DNA of 33,953 bases from a virus. Taxonomy: Duplodnaviria > Caudoviricetes. Each line of letters opens with the position of its first letter. Within the stretch, counting starts at the first letter, position 1. A program made the translations under genes and the position numbers. Below, one piece after another: positions 17,949 through 25,834 of the stretch. The stretch lies in the IMG/VR virus record IMGVR_UViG_3300030330_004825, positions 1 through 33,953 of that record; one strand, given 5' to 3'. The notes beneath the pieces were generated by a model, which searched no databases, was not told the origin of the DNA, and saw only the letters and a program-made list of their open reading frames with translations.

Positions 17949-18131
17949 ATGTATTTTCAAATAAGCTGTCTCAAATACTCTAGTAGATGGGACGGAAAAA
18001 GAAAAGGCTCAGGGTTTTTTAGAGATATGCATGATAAAAACCCTAAAGGCATGAAAAAGAAAAATAAAAACTCTGCTGAGTCAAGGAGAAAAAATGGCAC
18101 GGGAGGTAGGAAAAAAAATGAGTCAATCTAA
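17949..18131 (+). CDS. Small basic hypothetical protein
   Basis: AGGAGG upstream; Lys/Arg-rich, SRRKNG.GGR motif. Confidence 0.45.
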   Translation: MYFQISCLKYSSRWDGKRKGSGFFRDMHDKNPKGMKKKNKNSAESRRKNGTGGRKKNESI

Positions 18132-18315
18132 ATTTAATAAAATAAAGAATGATGATTTAAGAAGTCTATTGATGCGTTTAGATGCTGTAGCTATGAGTAA
18201 CAGTCATCTATGGAACACAATCATAGAAAAACAACAAAATACAAACGACATGTTAAGGAGGTTATTAAACGATGTCAGAAAACGCAAAACAAACAATAAT
18301 ATCGAAAGTGACTAA
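18094..18315 (+). CDS. Hypothetical protein
   Basis: Short helical ORF; GGAG-type SD before both 18094 and 18118. Confidence 0.6.
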   Translation: MAREVGKKMSQSKFNKIKNDDLRSLLMRLDAVAMSNSHLWNTIIEKQQNTNDMLRRLLNDVRKRKTNNNIESD

Positions 18316-18688
18316 AACCAGTCCATATGGATTCCAACTTGAATCTTTAGGTGACTCGTGGGTTAATTATGGAAAATTTTATGAGGGCGATAAGAATATA
18401 CAGGCTGGTCAAGAGTTAGTCGTGAATTGCACTAAGGTTGGTGATAAATATTATGTTAATCATATAGATCAAGGTGTTAAAGAAAACCCAGATAAGGCTG
18501 TTCAATATTTAGCTAATGACTTGGACACGCTTGAAATTCAACGTGATCCAAAGCAGAGGTTAATAGTTGCGCAGACAGCTCTTAAAGCTGCCAGTGAACT
18601 GTGTTCCGATGTGGTATCAACAAAAAAGGCGATGGCTGAACTTTATAATGAAGTGTGGCGATTAGCAGAGAGCGAGCCAGGTGAATAG
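18272..18688 (+). CDS. Possible ssDNA-binding (OB-fold-like) protein
   Basis: Aromatic-rich beta N-terminus (YG.Q......WVNY, KYY) and KQR.IV.Q.ALKAA helix; precedes the initiator. Confidence 0.45.
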   Translation: MSENAKQTIISKVTKTSPYGFQLESLGDSWVNYGKFYEGDKNIQAGQELVVNCTKVGDKYYVNHIDQGVKENPDKAVQYLANDLDTLEIQRDPKQRLIVAQTALKAASELCSDVVSTKKAMAELYNEVWRLAESEPGE

Positions 18689-19349
18689 AAATAAACCTAA
18701 TTATTATGGAATTATTCCTGCATCAGTTAGGTATGATCCAGAAATTCCTCATTTTGCTAAATTAATTTATGCAGAGATATCTGCATTGAGTAATAAAGAG
18801 GGATTTTGCTGGGCATCCAATGACTATTTTGCTTATGTTTTTGAAACAACTGCAAGGACTGTTCAAAGAGCTATTGAGGCTCTAGAGGCTCGAGGCTACA
18901 TAAGACGCCATATAGAGAATAAAACCTCAAGAAAAATATACATAAATATGACAGAAGTGTCACCTCCCTATGACAATTTTGTCATGGGTACTAACGACAA
19001 AAAAGTCGTACATAATAATACAAGTAATAATAATATAAATAATAATATAGCTTTTGAAAAATTTTGGAATATTATTAAAAAGAAAAAAAATAAAAATGAT
19101 GCTCGCAGGGCATTTGCAAAAATTAAGTGTGATTTAAAACCCGAGGAGCTTGCCGAAAGATATAACATGCAATTTAACACGAAAGATGCAAAATATGTGC
19201 CTTATCCCTCTAGGTGGCTTAGAAATGAATCTTGGAACGAATCTGCAGATGAGGAGAGGACACCTAATAATTTTTATAGAGGGGAGAAGATTTACAGAGA
19301 TGAAAAAGGGTTTATTATATCTAAGGAGGAACATGATAAATTAAATTGA
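18681..19349 (+). CDS. Phage replication initiator / replisome organiser (N-terminal HTH)
   Basis: YY.IIPA.VRYD, AKLIYAEI.ALSNKEG.CWASN.YFA and FE.FW..., PSRWL..E.W motifs. Confidence 0.85.
   Translation: MNRNKPNYYGIIPASVRYDPEIPHFAKLIYAEISALSNKEGFCWASNDYFAYVFETTARTVQRAIEALEARGYIRRHIENKTSRKIYINMTEVSPPYDNFVMGTNDKKVVHNNTSNNNINNNIAFEKFWNIIKKKKNKNDARRAFAKIKCDLKPEELAERYNMQFNTKDAKYVPYPSRWLRNESWNESADEERTPNNFYRGEKIYRDEKGFIISKEEHDKLN
18948..19050. repeat. Probable replication origin: three palindromic 16-mers + AT-rich tract
   Basis: ATGACAGAAGTGTCAC 18948, ATGACAATTTTGTCAT 18970, ACGACAAAAAAGTCGT 18994, then an AAT-repeat tract. Confidence 0.75.
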
Positions 19350-19383
19350 AAAAGGAGGTCGTTGGTATTAAACTAACTAGAGT

Positions 19384-19602
19384 ATGACAGACACAGAGGT
19401 ACAAGATACTCTTCTTAGCGATTCAGAAATTGCCACTAAATTAATAGCAGAAGCATTAAGAATATATTTGCCTCGCTACGTGGATGCAAAACTTTTACCT
19501 AGGCATAAAGCTATAGGACAAGAGTTGCAATCTAAGTATGAGGAAAAATATTGCAAAATACTATCTAAAAAAAATTTAGCGGGCGTTGGATATGCTGAGT
19601 AA
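19384..19602 (+). CDS. Hypothetical protein
   Basis: 72-aa ORF within the operon. Confidence 0.6.
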   Translation: MTDTEVQDTLLSDSEIATKLIAEALRIYLPRYVDAKLLPRHKAIGQELQSKYEEKYCKILSKKNLAGVGYAE

Positions 19603-20107
19603 AAGAGAGCCAGAATATTTAAACAACTTAATTGAAAGCCTTAGAAAAATAGACATCGCTCTTCTAAAGGGAAGACTTGAGCGTGGTCATATATTGTTAA
19701 TTTTGAAAGAAGAGAAACAATATGTAGGTTATGAAGGTTGGGTATCTACTTGGGATGACTTTTTAGATGTTATTTCAGTAGATAGAGAAACCGCACGCCA
19801 GGATATAAAAGTCTATGAAGAGTTCCATGTTTATTTATCTGAGCGACACGATCTAATATCTAAATGTAAATATGAAAGGTTAGTACGATTGCTTCCTTTA
19901 TTAAATAAAAAGCAAAGCAGCAAATCATCGGTCATTGACCTCCTTGAAATGGCCGCAAGAAGTAGTCGTACTGACTTCAACAATAATGTGAGAGAGCTAA
20001 AAGGTCAAACACCCACAGATACTTGTGATCATAAAAAAACTATAATTTTAGAAAGGTGTACAACTTGTGGCTTTACTTTTAGACGGAAGGACTTAGAGCT
20101 TGAATAA
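19586..20107 (+). CDS. Hypothetical DNA-binding protein with C-terminal Zn ribbon
   Basis: G..L..LKE...Y......TW.DFL; C.H.......C..CG. Confidence 0.6.
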   Translation: MDMLSKREPEYLNNLIESLRKIDIALLKGRLERGHILLILKEEKQYVGYEGWVSTWDDFLDVISVDRETARQDIKVYEEFHVYLSERHDLISKCKYERLVRLLPLLNKKQSSKSSVIDLLEMAARSSRTDFNNNVRELKGQTPTDTCDHKKTIILERCTTCGFTFRRKDLELE

Positions 20108-20684
20108 AATAATACTAGATTTATGTGGTGGCACAGGCTCTTGGAGTAAACCATATAAAGAAAATGGCTATGATGTTAGAGTTATAACTTTGCCCGATAA
20201 CGATGTTAGAGATTATGATCCACCTAAAAATGTTTATGGAATACTGTCTGCTCCACCATGCGACCAGTTTTCTTTTGCTAAAACCACAGGCGAGCCTAGA
20301 AAATTATTATCAGCCTGGAGCGTAGTAAGAGCCTGCTTAGATATAATAGCTAAATGTAACACTATAGAAACTCCCTATGCTAAAAAGACAACTCTAAATT
20401 TCTGGGCTTTAGAGAATCCTAATGGCTTGCTGAAGAGATTTTTGGGCAAACCCACATATGAATTCAACCCTTATGATTTTGGCGATGGCTATAAAAAGAA
20501 GACTTATCTGTGGGGCTGGTTTAAAAACCCAGTAAAAAAACCTATAGAGTGTAATAATGTAAAGTTTGATAGAATGAAGTCTAAAGACATACATAGTGAA
20601 TATTATGGTATTTTAACAAGAAAAGAAAGACGAGCTATAACTCCTAAAGGGTTTGCACGAGCTTTTTTCGAGGCTAACAGATGA
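20100..20684 (+). CDS. DNA cytosine-C5 methyltransferase-like protein (compact)
   Basis: ILDLCGGTG (motif I), APPC (IV), LENP (VI); ends R..TP.GFA.AF. Confidence 0.8.
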   Translation: MNKIILDLCGGTGSWSKPYKENGYDVRVITLPDNDVRDYDPPKNVYGILSAPPCDQFSFAKTTGEPRKLLSAWSVVRACLDIIAKCNTIETPYAKKTTLNFWALENPNGLLKRFLGKPTYEFNPYDFGDGYKKKTYLWGWFKNPVKKPIECNNVKFDRMKSKDIHSEYYGILTRKERRAITPKGFARAFFEANR

Positions 20685-20998
20685 GATATATAGAGAACGA
20701 TAAAATAATTATAAGTCATAGTTTGGAATATTTAGATTATGTCAGAACTTTAAATTGTTGTGTAACAGGCAGTTCTATGTCAGAGCCACATCACTTGGAG
20801 GCCTTAGGTATGGGCGCAAACAGAAAAAAACCAAATATGAAGCATTTTACTTGCGTGCCAGTATGCAGAGAAATACACACAGAGCTCCACGCTAAGGGCA
20901 TACATTATATGCAGGAGAAGTATCGTATTCAGTTTTGGCAAGAGGCATTTTATATATTAGCTAAATGGTTAATCACTAAAAAAGAGATTATAAGTTGA
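20681..20998 (+). CDS. HNH-like nuclease, DUF968/Ref-like
   Basis: YL.YVR.L.CCV.G....PHH and VPVCR..H.E.H motifs. Confidence 0.7.
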   Translation: MRYIENDKIIISHSLEYLDYVRTLNCCVTGSSMSEPHHLEALGMGANRKKPNMKHFTCVPVCREIHTELHAKGIHYMQEKYRIQFWQEAFYILAKWLITKKEIIS

Positions 20999-21022
20999 CA
21001 TTAGTTTACACGGAGGACTGTT

Positions 21023-22243
21023 ATGGACGTAGTATTAAAAAATATAAGTGAGGTCATACCTTATGCTAGAAACCCACGTAAAAACCAGGCGATAGACAAA
21101 GTCGCTGCATCTTTAAAAGAGTTTGGTTTTAGACAACCTATAGTGGTTGATAAAGAGATGGTTATTATAGCAGGACACACAAGATTTGCAGCAGCGCAGA
21201 AATTAGGCTTAAAAGAAGTCCCTGTGCATATAGCTGATAATATGACACCTGGACAGGTTAAAGCTTATAGGATAGCCGATAATCGAGTGGCACAGGACTC
21301 GGAGTGGGACTTAGCTATGCTTAACACAGAATTTACTGATCTATTAGATATAAATTTTGACTTAGATGTTCTGGGCTTTGATCCTAAAGAGCTAGAAGAT
21401 TTAATTGTCGATAAAGAAGGATTGACTGAAGATGATTGGACTCCTCCAATACCGCCTGAGCCACAGACTAAAGCGGGTGATTTATATATACTAGATAAGC
21501 ACAAACTTTTATGTGGCGATGCAACCAAAACCGAAGATGTCAGTAAATTGATGGGCGATAACCTAGCCGATCTTATAGTGACCGATCCTCCCTATAATGT
21601 TGCGTATGGAGGGGGCAGAGCGGCCCTTTCTAGCGCTCCTGGGGCTAGAGTTAAGGCACATGGGGCTATTATGAATGATGATATGACACCAGATGAGTTT
21701 AATATATTTATAGATAAATGCTTTGATAATTATCACAAATATTTAAAAGACCTGGCGTCAGTTTATGTTTTTCATGGTGATTCTAAGACCGAGGCAAAAA
21801 TAACGTTTGAAACTTATTTTGCAAAATATTTCACTAAGTCTTGCACACTTATTTGGAATAAAGGCTCAGCAGGTTTAGGATATAGTGATTATAGACCATC
21901 ACACGAGCCAATTTTATATGGTTGGAAAAAAGGAAAAGGCTCGCACTATTGGTGTGGCGACAAAACTAAAAAGACTGTTTTAGATTATAGCAAAGGCAAC
22001 ACTAGGGATTATGTGCATCCTACACAAAAGCCTGTCGGAATACTAACAGAATTAATAAAGAATAGTTCTAAAGGGCAAGATATAGTTATAGACTTTTTCT
22101 CTGGCTCTGGAAGCACTCTTATAAGTTGTGAAAAATTAGACAGAGTCTTTTTCGGATTAGAATATGATCCAAAATACTGCGATGTGATAATTAAAAGGTG
22201 GGAAGATTTTACAGGGAAAAAAGCTAAACTTGTACAAGACTAA
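21023..22243 (+). CDS. ParB-like N-terminal domain + N6A/N4C DNA methyltransferase (beta class)
   Basis: PYARNPR, FGFRQPIV and IIAGH.R; TDPPY precedes HPTQKP and DFFSGSGST. Confidence 0.92.
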   Translation: MDVVLKNISEVIPYARNPRKNQAIDKVAASLKEFGFRQPIVVDKEMVIIAGHTRFAAAQKLGLKEVPVHIADNMTPGQVKAYRIADNRVAQDSEWDLAMLNTEFTDLLDINFDLDVLGFDPKELEDLIVDKEGLTEDDWTPPIPPEPQTKAGDLYILDKHKLLCGDATKTEDVSKLMGDNLADLIVTDPPYNVAYGGGRAALSSAPGARVKAHGAIMNDDMTPDEFNIFIDKCFDNYHKYLKDLASVYVFHGDSKTEAKITFETYFAKYFTKSCTLIWNKGSAGLGYSDYRPSHEPILYGWKKGKGSHYWCGDKTKKTVLDYSKGNTRDYVHPTQKPVGILTELIKNSSKGQDIVIDFFSGSGSTLISCEKLDRVFFGLEYDPKYCDVIIKRWEDFTGKKAKLVQD

Positions 22244-22263
22244 AAAAGGTTTATATTAATTAT

Positions 22264-22641
22264 ATGAGAACACCAAAAGTTAGTGACGAAAAATTAGCAG
22301 AACTATTATTAAAATATAATGGTATCAAAGAAGTTACGGCTAGAGCTGCAGGGATGTCCAGACAAAATTTACATAAAAGAATAGCTAACTCAGAGCTCCT
22401 TCAAGAGTCTGCATCCGAAGGCAAAGAGCGAACATTAGATTTAGCAGAGGCCAAACTAATTCAAGCTCTTAATAGTGGTGAGAACTGGGCTATAAGATTC
22501 ACGCTTGAAAAATTAGGTGGTGAAAGAGGTTATGCCTCCACACATAATGTGAATCAAAATAGTAAAGTCATCAATATTATTGAAGTGCCAGAGTTGAGTG
22601 CCTATGAGCCAAGCATTGATGAAATTAAAGACCTCAACTAA
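22264..22641 (+). CDS. Terminase small subunit (probable)
   Basis: N-terminal HTH (TARAAGMSRQ), DLAE.KL and AI.F.L...G..RGY; immediately upstream of TerL. Confidence 0.75.
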   Translation: MRTPKVSDEKLAELLLKYNGIKEVTARAAGMSRQNLHKRIANSELLQESASEGKERTLDLAEAKLIQALNSGENWAIRFTLEKLGGERGYASTHNVNQNSKVINIIEVPELSAYEPSIDEIKDLN

Positions 22642-23971
22642 CAGCATATGGAAGCCAACCAAAAAGCAGCTTGAGTTTCTTAAAACAGGAAACATCTTTG
22701 AAGTTGCTTATCTAGGCGGGGCTGGTTCAGGCAAGTCATCTGTTCTACTTATTGATGCGTGTAGACAGATGATGTACCCAGACGCTAAAGCAGTAATATT
22801 TAGAAGAACAACTCGAGAGCTTAGACAGCTTATAGATTATAGTTTTAAAATATATAAAGAATTAGGAGCTATATTTAAAATCCAAGAGTCCTGTTGGATA
22901 TTTCCTAGCGGTGGTAAAATATTCTTTTCGCATATGGAAACTGAGATGGATAAGTTTCAACACGATGGACAAGAATATTCTGCTGGTGTTTATTTTGATG
23001 AAATAACACATTTTAGTGAATCCCAATATCTTTATCTTCACTCTAGAGCCAGGAGTACAAATAAAAACGTTTTTCCTAGAATAAGATGCACTGGCTCACC
23101 TGTGGGAAAACATATAGATTGGATTAGAAAAAGATTTATAAAAAATGGAGCTTATGTTATACATAGAGATGAGGACACTAATTTATCTAGATTATATATT
23201 CCTGCAACCTTAGATGATAATCCTTATCTAATGCTGAATGATCCACAGTATGAATCTAGATTAAAACTGCAGGGCAACAAATTATACCAGGCTTTAAGGT
23301 TTGGTGACTTCTCTCAAATAGAAGGTGTATGCTTTCCTGAAATAACTCAGCATCATATTTTGGATAGTTTCACACCCACTAGCGGTCAAACAATCATTAG
23401 AGGTTTTGACTGGGGTTTCACAGCGCCATTCGCAACTCTGTGGTTAGCTGAAACACCTGATAAAGATTTAGTGGTCTTTAAGGAATGGATAGGAACTAAA
23501 GATGGAGACAATAAAGGGCTAATGATGTCTGCTGACCAAGTTGCTAAAACTATAAAAATTATAGAAGAAAAAAATAACATAGCTCCATACTTTGCGCCTA
23601 GTGATCCAGCCATTTGGGGAAAGCAAAATGTTGGTGATTCTATTGGTGAGATATTTCAAAATAACGGGTTGCTTATGGAACGAGCAAATAACGATCGTAT
23701 TATGGGAACGCAACAACTTCATATGAGATTGACTATTAATGATCTAACTTCAAAACCTAAATTATTTTTTACCAAAGATTGTCCTATAACTTTGCAGGCG
23801 ATGCAAAATATACAAGTGGACAAAAGAAATCCAGAAGTATATGACACCACAGGCTTTGACCACCCTGTGGATGCTTTGCGCTATGCGGTGATGGCCAAAA
23901 CCCTTATACAGGGCGATGTTTACGAGCCAGAGTCTTTTGGTGAAAGAGAGACCGATAGCCAAATCTTTTAA
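22598..23971 (+). CDS. terL: Terminase large subunit
   Basis: GGAGSGKS Walker A, YFDE Walker B, GFDWGF and DH..DALRY nuclease motifs; start may be 22604 or 22619. Confidence 0.95.
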   Translation: MPMSQALMKLKTSTNSIWKPTKKQLEFLKTGNIFEVAYLGGAGSGKSSVLLIDACRQMMYPDAKAVIFRRTTRELRQLIDYSFKIYKELGAIFKIQESCWIFPSGGKIFFSHMETEMDKFQHDGQEYSAGVYFDEITHFSESQYLYLHSRARSTNKNVFPRIRCTGSPVGKHIDWIRKRFIKNGAYVIHRDEDTNLSRLYIPATLDDNPYLMLNDPQYESRLKLQGNKLYQALRFGDFSQIEGVCFPEITQHHILDSFTPTSGQTIIRGFDWGFTAPFATLWLAETPDKDLVVFKEWIGTKDGDNKGLMMSADQVAKTIKIIEEKNNIAPYFAPSDPAIWGKQNVGDSIGEIFQNNGLLMERANNDRIMGTQQLHMRLTINDLTSKPKLFFTKDCPITLQAMQNIQVDKRNPEVYDTTGFDHPVDALRYAVMAKTLIQGDVYEPESFGERETDSQIF

Positions 23972-23972
23972 G

Positions 23973-24045
23973 TTGACAAAGTATGCCTATAGTATAGTAT
24001 GTATAGTGTAGCCTAAATAAACAAGCTACAAGGAGAAACAAGATG
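23973..24045 (+). promoter_or_regulatory. Sigma70-like promoter + 5' hairpin + shared RBS box (cassette 3)
   Basis: TTGACA 23973-23978, 16 nt, TAGTAT 23995-24000; TGTAGC/GCTACA stem 24007-24030; GGAGAAACAAGATG. Confidence 0.8.
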
Positions 24046-24282
24046 CATATAGCACTAAAAAAATTAAAGGAAGAACAACTAAAAGATTTTTCAATACAAG
24101 ATCTATTAGATTTATCTTTTTACCTTAAAGAGGATTTATCAGAAGTAACCAAAAATGATTACAAAGATTATGATGAATATGAAAGGTATGAAAAGAAGCA
24201 AATAAAAATAAAAACTAATTTAGATTTAGTTTATGACTTATATGCTAGAAAGCTAGTAGAGGAGAAACAAAATGAAAGATAG
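24043..24282 (+). CDS. Hypothetical protein
   Basis: 79 aa, strong SD. Confidence 0.75.
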   Translation: MHIALKKLKEEQLKDFSIQDLLDLSFYLKEDLSEVTKNDYKDYDEYERYEKKQIKIKTNLDLVYDLYARKLVEEKQNER

Positions 24283-24613
24283 AATTAACTTACCAGACGA
24301 GATTATTAAGATGAATAACTTCGAAGACCTTATGAGACTGCAACTACACTTTGAAATATTAAAGGATGCTTCCTGGAACATGACAGGGGACGATTTTTGG
24401 ACTTACTGCATGAAGCCTTGGAAAGAAGGAGTCTACGACTCTTACACCACAGAGAAATTCTTAATTTTTCAAAAAAACCCAATAGACTATATAACTAGCT
24501 TATCGGGAAACGCCTTGTATCATACTTTAACAGGATTACAAAAATGGTACGAATGGAGGCAGGTAAGAATAATTAACAGAGTAAAAGTAAATTTATATGA
24601 GGTGAAAAAATGA
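24272..24613 (+). CDS. Hypothetical protein
   Basis: 113 aa, preceded by GGAGAAACAAAATG. Confidence 0.75.
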   Translation: MKDRINLPDEIIKMNNFEDLMRLQLHFEILKDASWNMTGDDFWTYCMKPWKEGVYDSYTTEKFLIFQKNPIDYITSLSGNALYHTLTGLQKWYEWRQVRIINRVKVNLYEVKK

Positions 24614-24849
24614 AGGACAAATTTTTTATAGAATTAGAGTTTGAGTTTGATGAAGATGACGATAATAATGAAATCTTTATAAACTGGGTGACTGCGAAAA
24701 AAAATTATTTAGTAAAAAAAGAACAAAAAGAAGTAAATTTAGATAATTTTAAAAACGCTTTACTTAGACACCTTCATGATTTTTTGCATGACGACTTAGG
24801 ATGCAACTATAAATTAACTAGAATGGGAGGTAAAAGAGAACAAGGATAG
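24610..24849 (+). CDS. Hypothetical acidic protein
   Basis: GAGGTG SD, ATGA overlap. Confidence 0.65.
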   Translation: MKDKFFIELEFEFDEDDDNNEIFINWVTAKKNYLVKKEQKEVNLDNFKNALLRHLHDFLHDDLGCNYKLTRMGGKREQG

Positions 24850-25515
24850 ATGGGACATTTTAAAAATTTAGCTCTAGAGAAAGAAAGAAAATCTCTAGAG
24901 CTTTTTTGTGGAACAAAAAGCTTTACTAAAATTGCATCTAACTTTGGTTTTGAAACGATGACTCTAGACTCTGAGGAAGAGTTTTCTCCAGATATATGTT
25001 GCAATATTTTAGATTTTGATATAGAGATGCTTGACGGTTTTAAACCAGATGTAATATGGGCAAGCCCTCCCTGCACTAAATTTAGCGTTGCATCTATGGG
25101 ACATCACTGGATAAAAGAAGGCGAAGTAAGAACACCTAAAAGCCAGGGGGCTGTAGAAGCTATTAAAATTATTGTAAAAACAGTTGAAATAATAAAGGCT
25201 CTTAAACCTAAATTTTTATATATAGAAAACCCTAGAGGTATGCTTAGAAAATTAGATTTAATCCCTTGGCCTAAAGTCACTGTAACTTATTGTCAATATG
25301 GCTTCACTTATATGAAACCAACTGATATTTGGTCTAATAATTATAGCTGGCAAAGATGGCACGCTAAATCTTGCAAGTATGGTGATCCATGTCACGAGCC
25401 TGCGCCTAGGGGCTCAAAGGCGGGCATCCAGGGATTAAAAAGTGCAAAAGAAAAGGGTGTTATTCCACCCAATCTAATAAATGAAATTTTAGTATCCACG
25501 GAGCAACTTTTATGA
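24850..25515 (+). CDS. Second DNA cytosine-C5 methyltransferase-like protein
   Basis: LELFCGT (I), WASPPC (IV), IENP (VI), YCQYG...KPTDIW. Confidence 0.82.
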   Translation: MGHFKNLALEKERKSLELFCGTKSFTKIASNFGFETMTLDSEEEFSPDICCNILDFDIEMLDGFKPDVIWASPPCTKFSVASMGHHWIKEGEVRTPKSQGAVEAIKIIVKTVEIIKALKPKFLYIENPRGMLRKLDLIPWPKVTVTYCQYGFTYMKPTDIWSNNYSWQRWHAKSCKYGDPCHEPAPRGSKAGIQGLKSAKEKGVIPPNLINEILVSTEQLL

Positions 25516-25730
25516 TTTTTTACGAAGTATCGTTTGCTGAAATAGAAAAACTGTTTCCAGAAGCAACTCATGAGGAACGACTGATTGCTTATTATTTTAT
25601 GCATTTCACTCCATCTAGGCATAAAGAGATAGGCAATCTGCACTTGTCTTATGAGGTTGCTATGAGACATATGTTTGACTGGGCGCAGTATTTTAAGTCT
25701 ATTAATAAGTATACAGGCAAGCGTCATTAA
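25512..25730 (+). CDS. Hypothetical protein
   Basis: GGAG SD, ATGA overlap. Confidence 0.6.
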   Translation: MIFYEVSFAEIEKLFPEATHEERLIAYYFMHFTPSRHKEIGNLHLSYEVAMRHMFDWAQYFKSINKYTGKRH

Positions 25731-25741
25731 GGTATATTCTT

Positions 25742-25793
25742 AGAGGGTGGCTAATCTAACCTAGATTTTGTTTCTCCAAACATGCCACCCTTT
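25742..25793 (+). ncRNA. Candidate trans-acting antisense sRNA against the shared early RBS
   Basis: AGAGGGTGGC/GCCACCCTTT closing stem, inner AATCTA/TAGATT hairpin, ATTTTGTTTCTCC (25765-25777); TATATT at 25733-25738 just upstream. Confidence 0.6.
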
Positions 25794-25834
25794 CTGATTG
25801 ATTTTATAACTTTATTCATTTACTATTTATTCAA

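Noticed and set aside
20995-21025. AGTTGACA upstream of the ParB-methyltransferase as a fourth early promoter
   Set aside because: No -10 box at 16-18 nt, no leader hairpin and no shared RBS box
25742-25793. Minus-strand gene start using GGAGAAACAAAA
   Set aside because: On the minus strand the box is followed by ATC TAG, so there is no start codon or open frame
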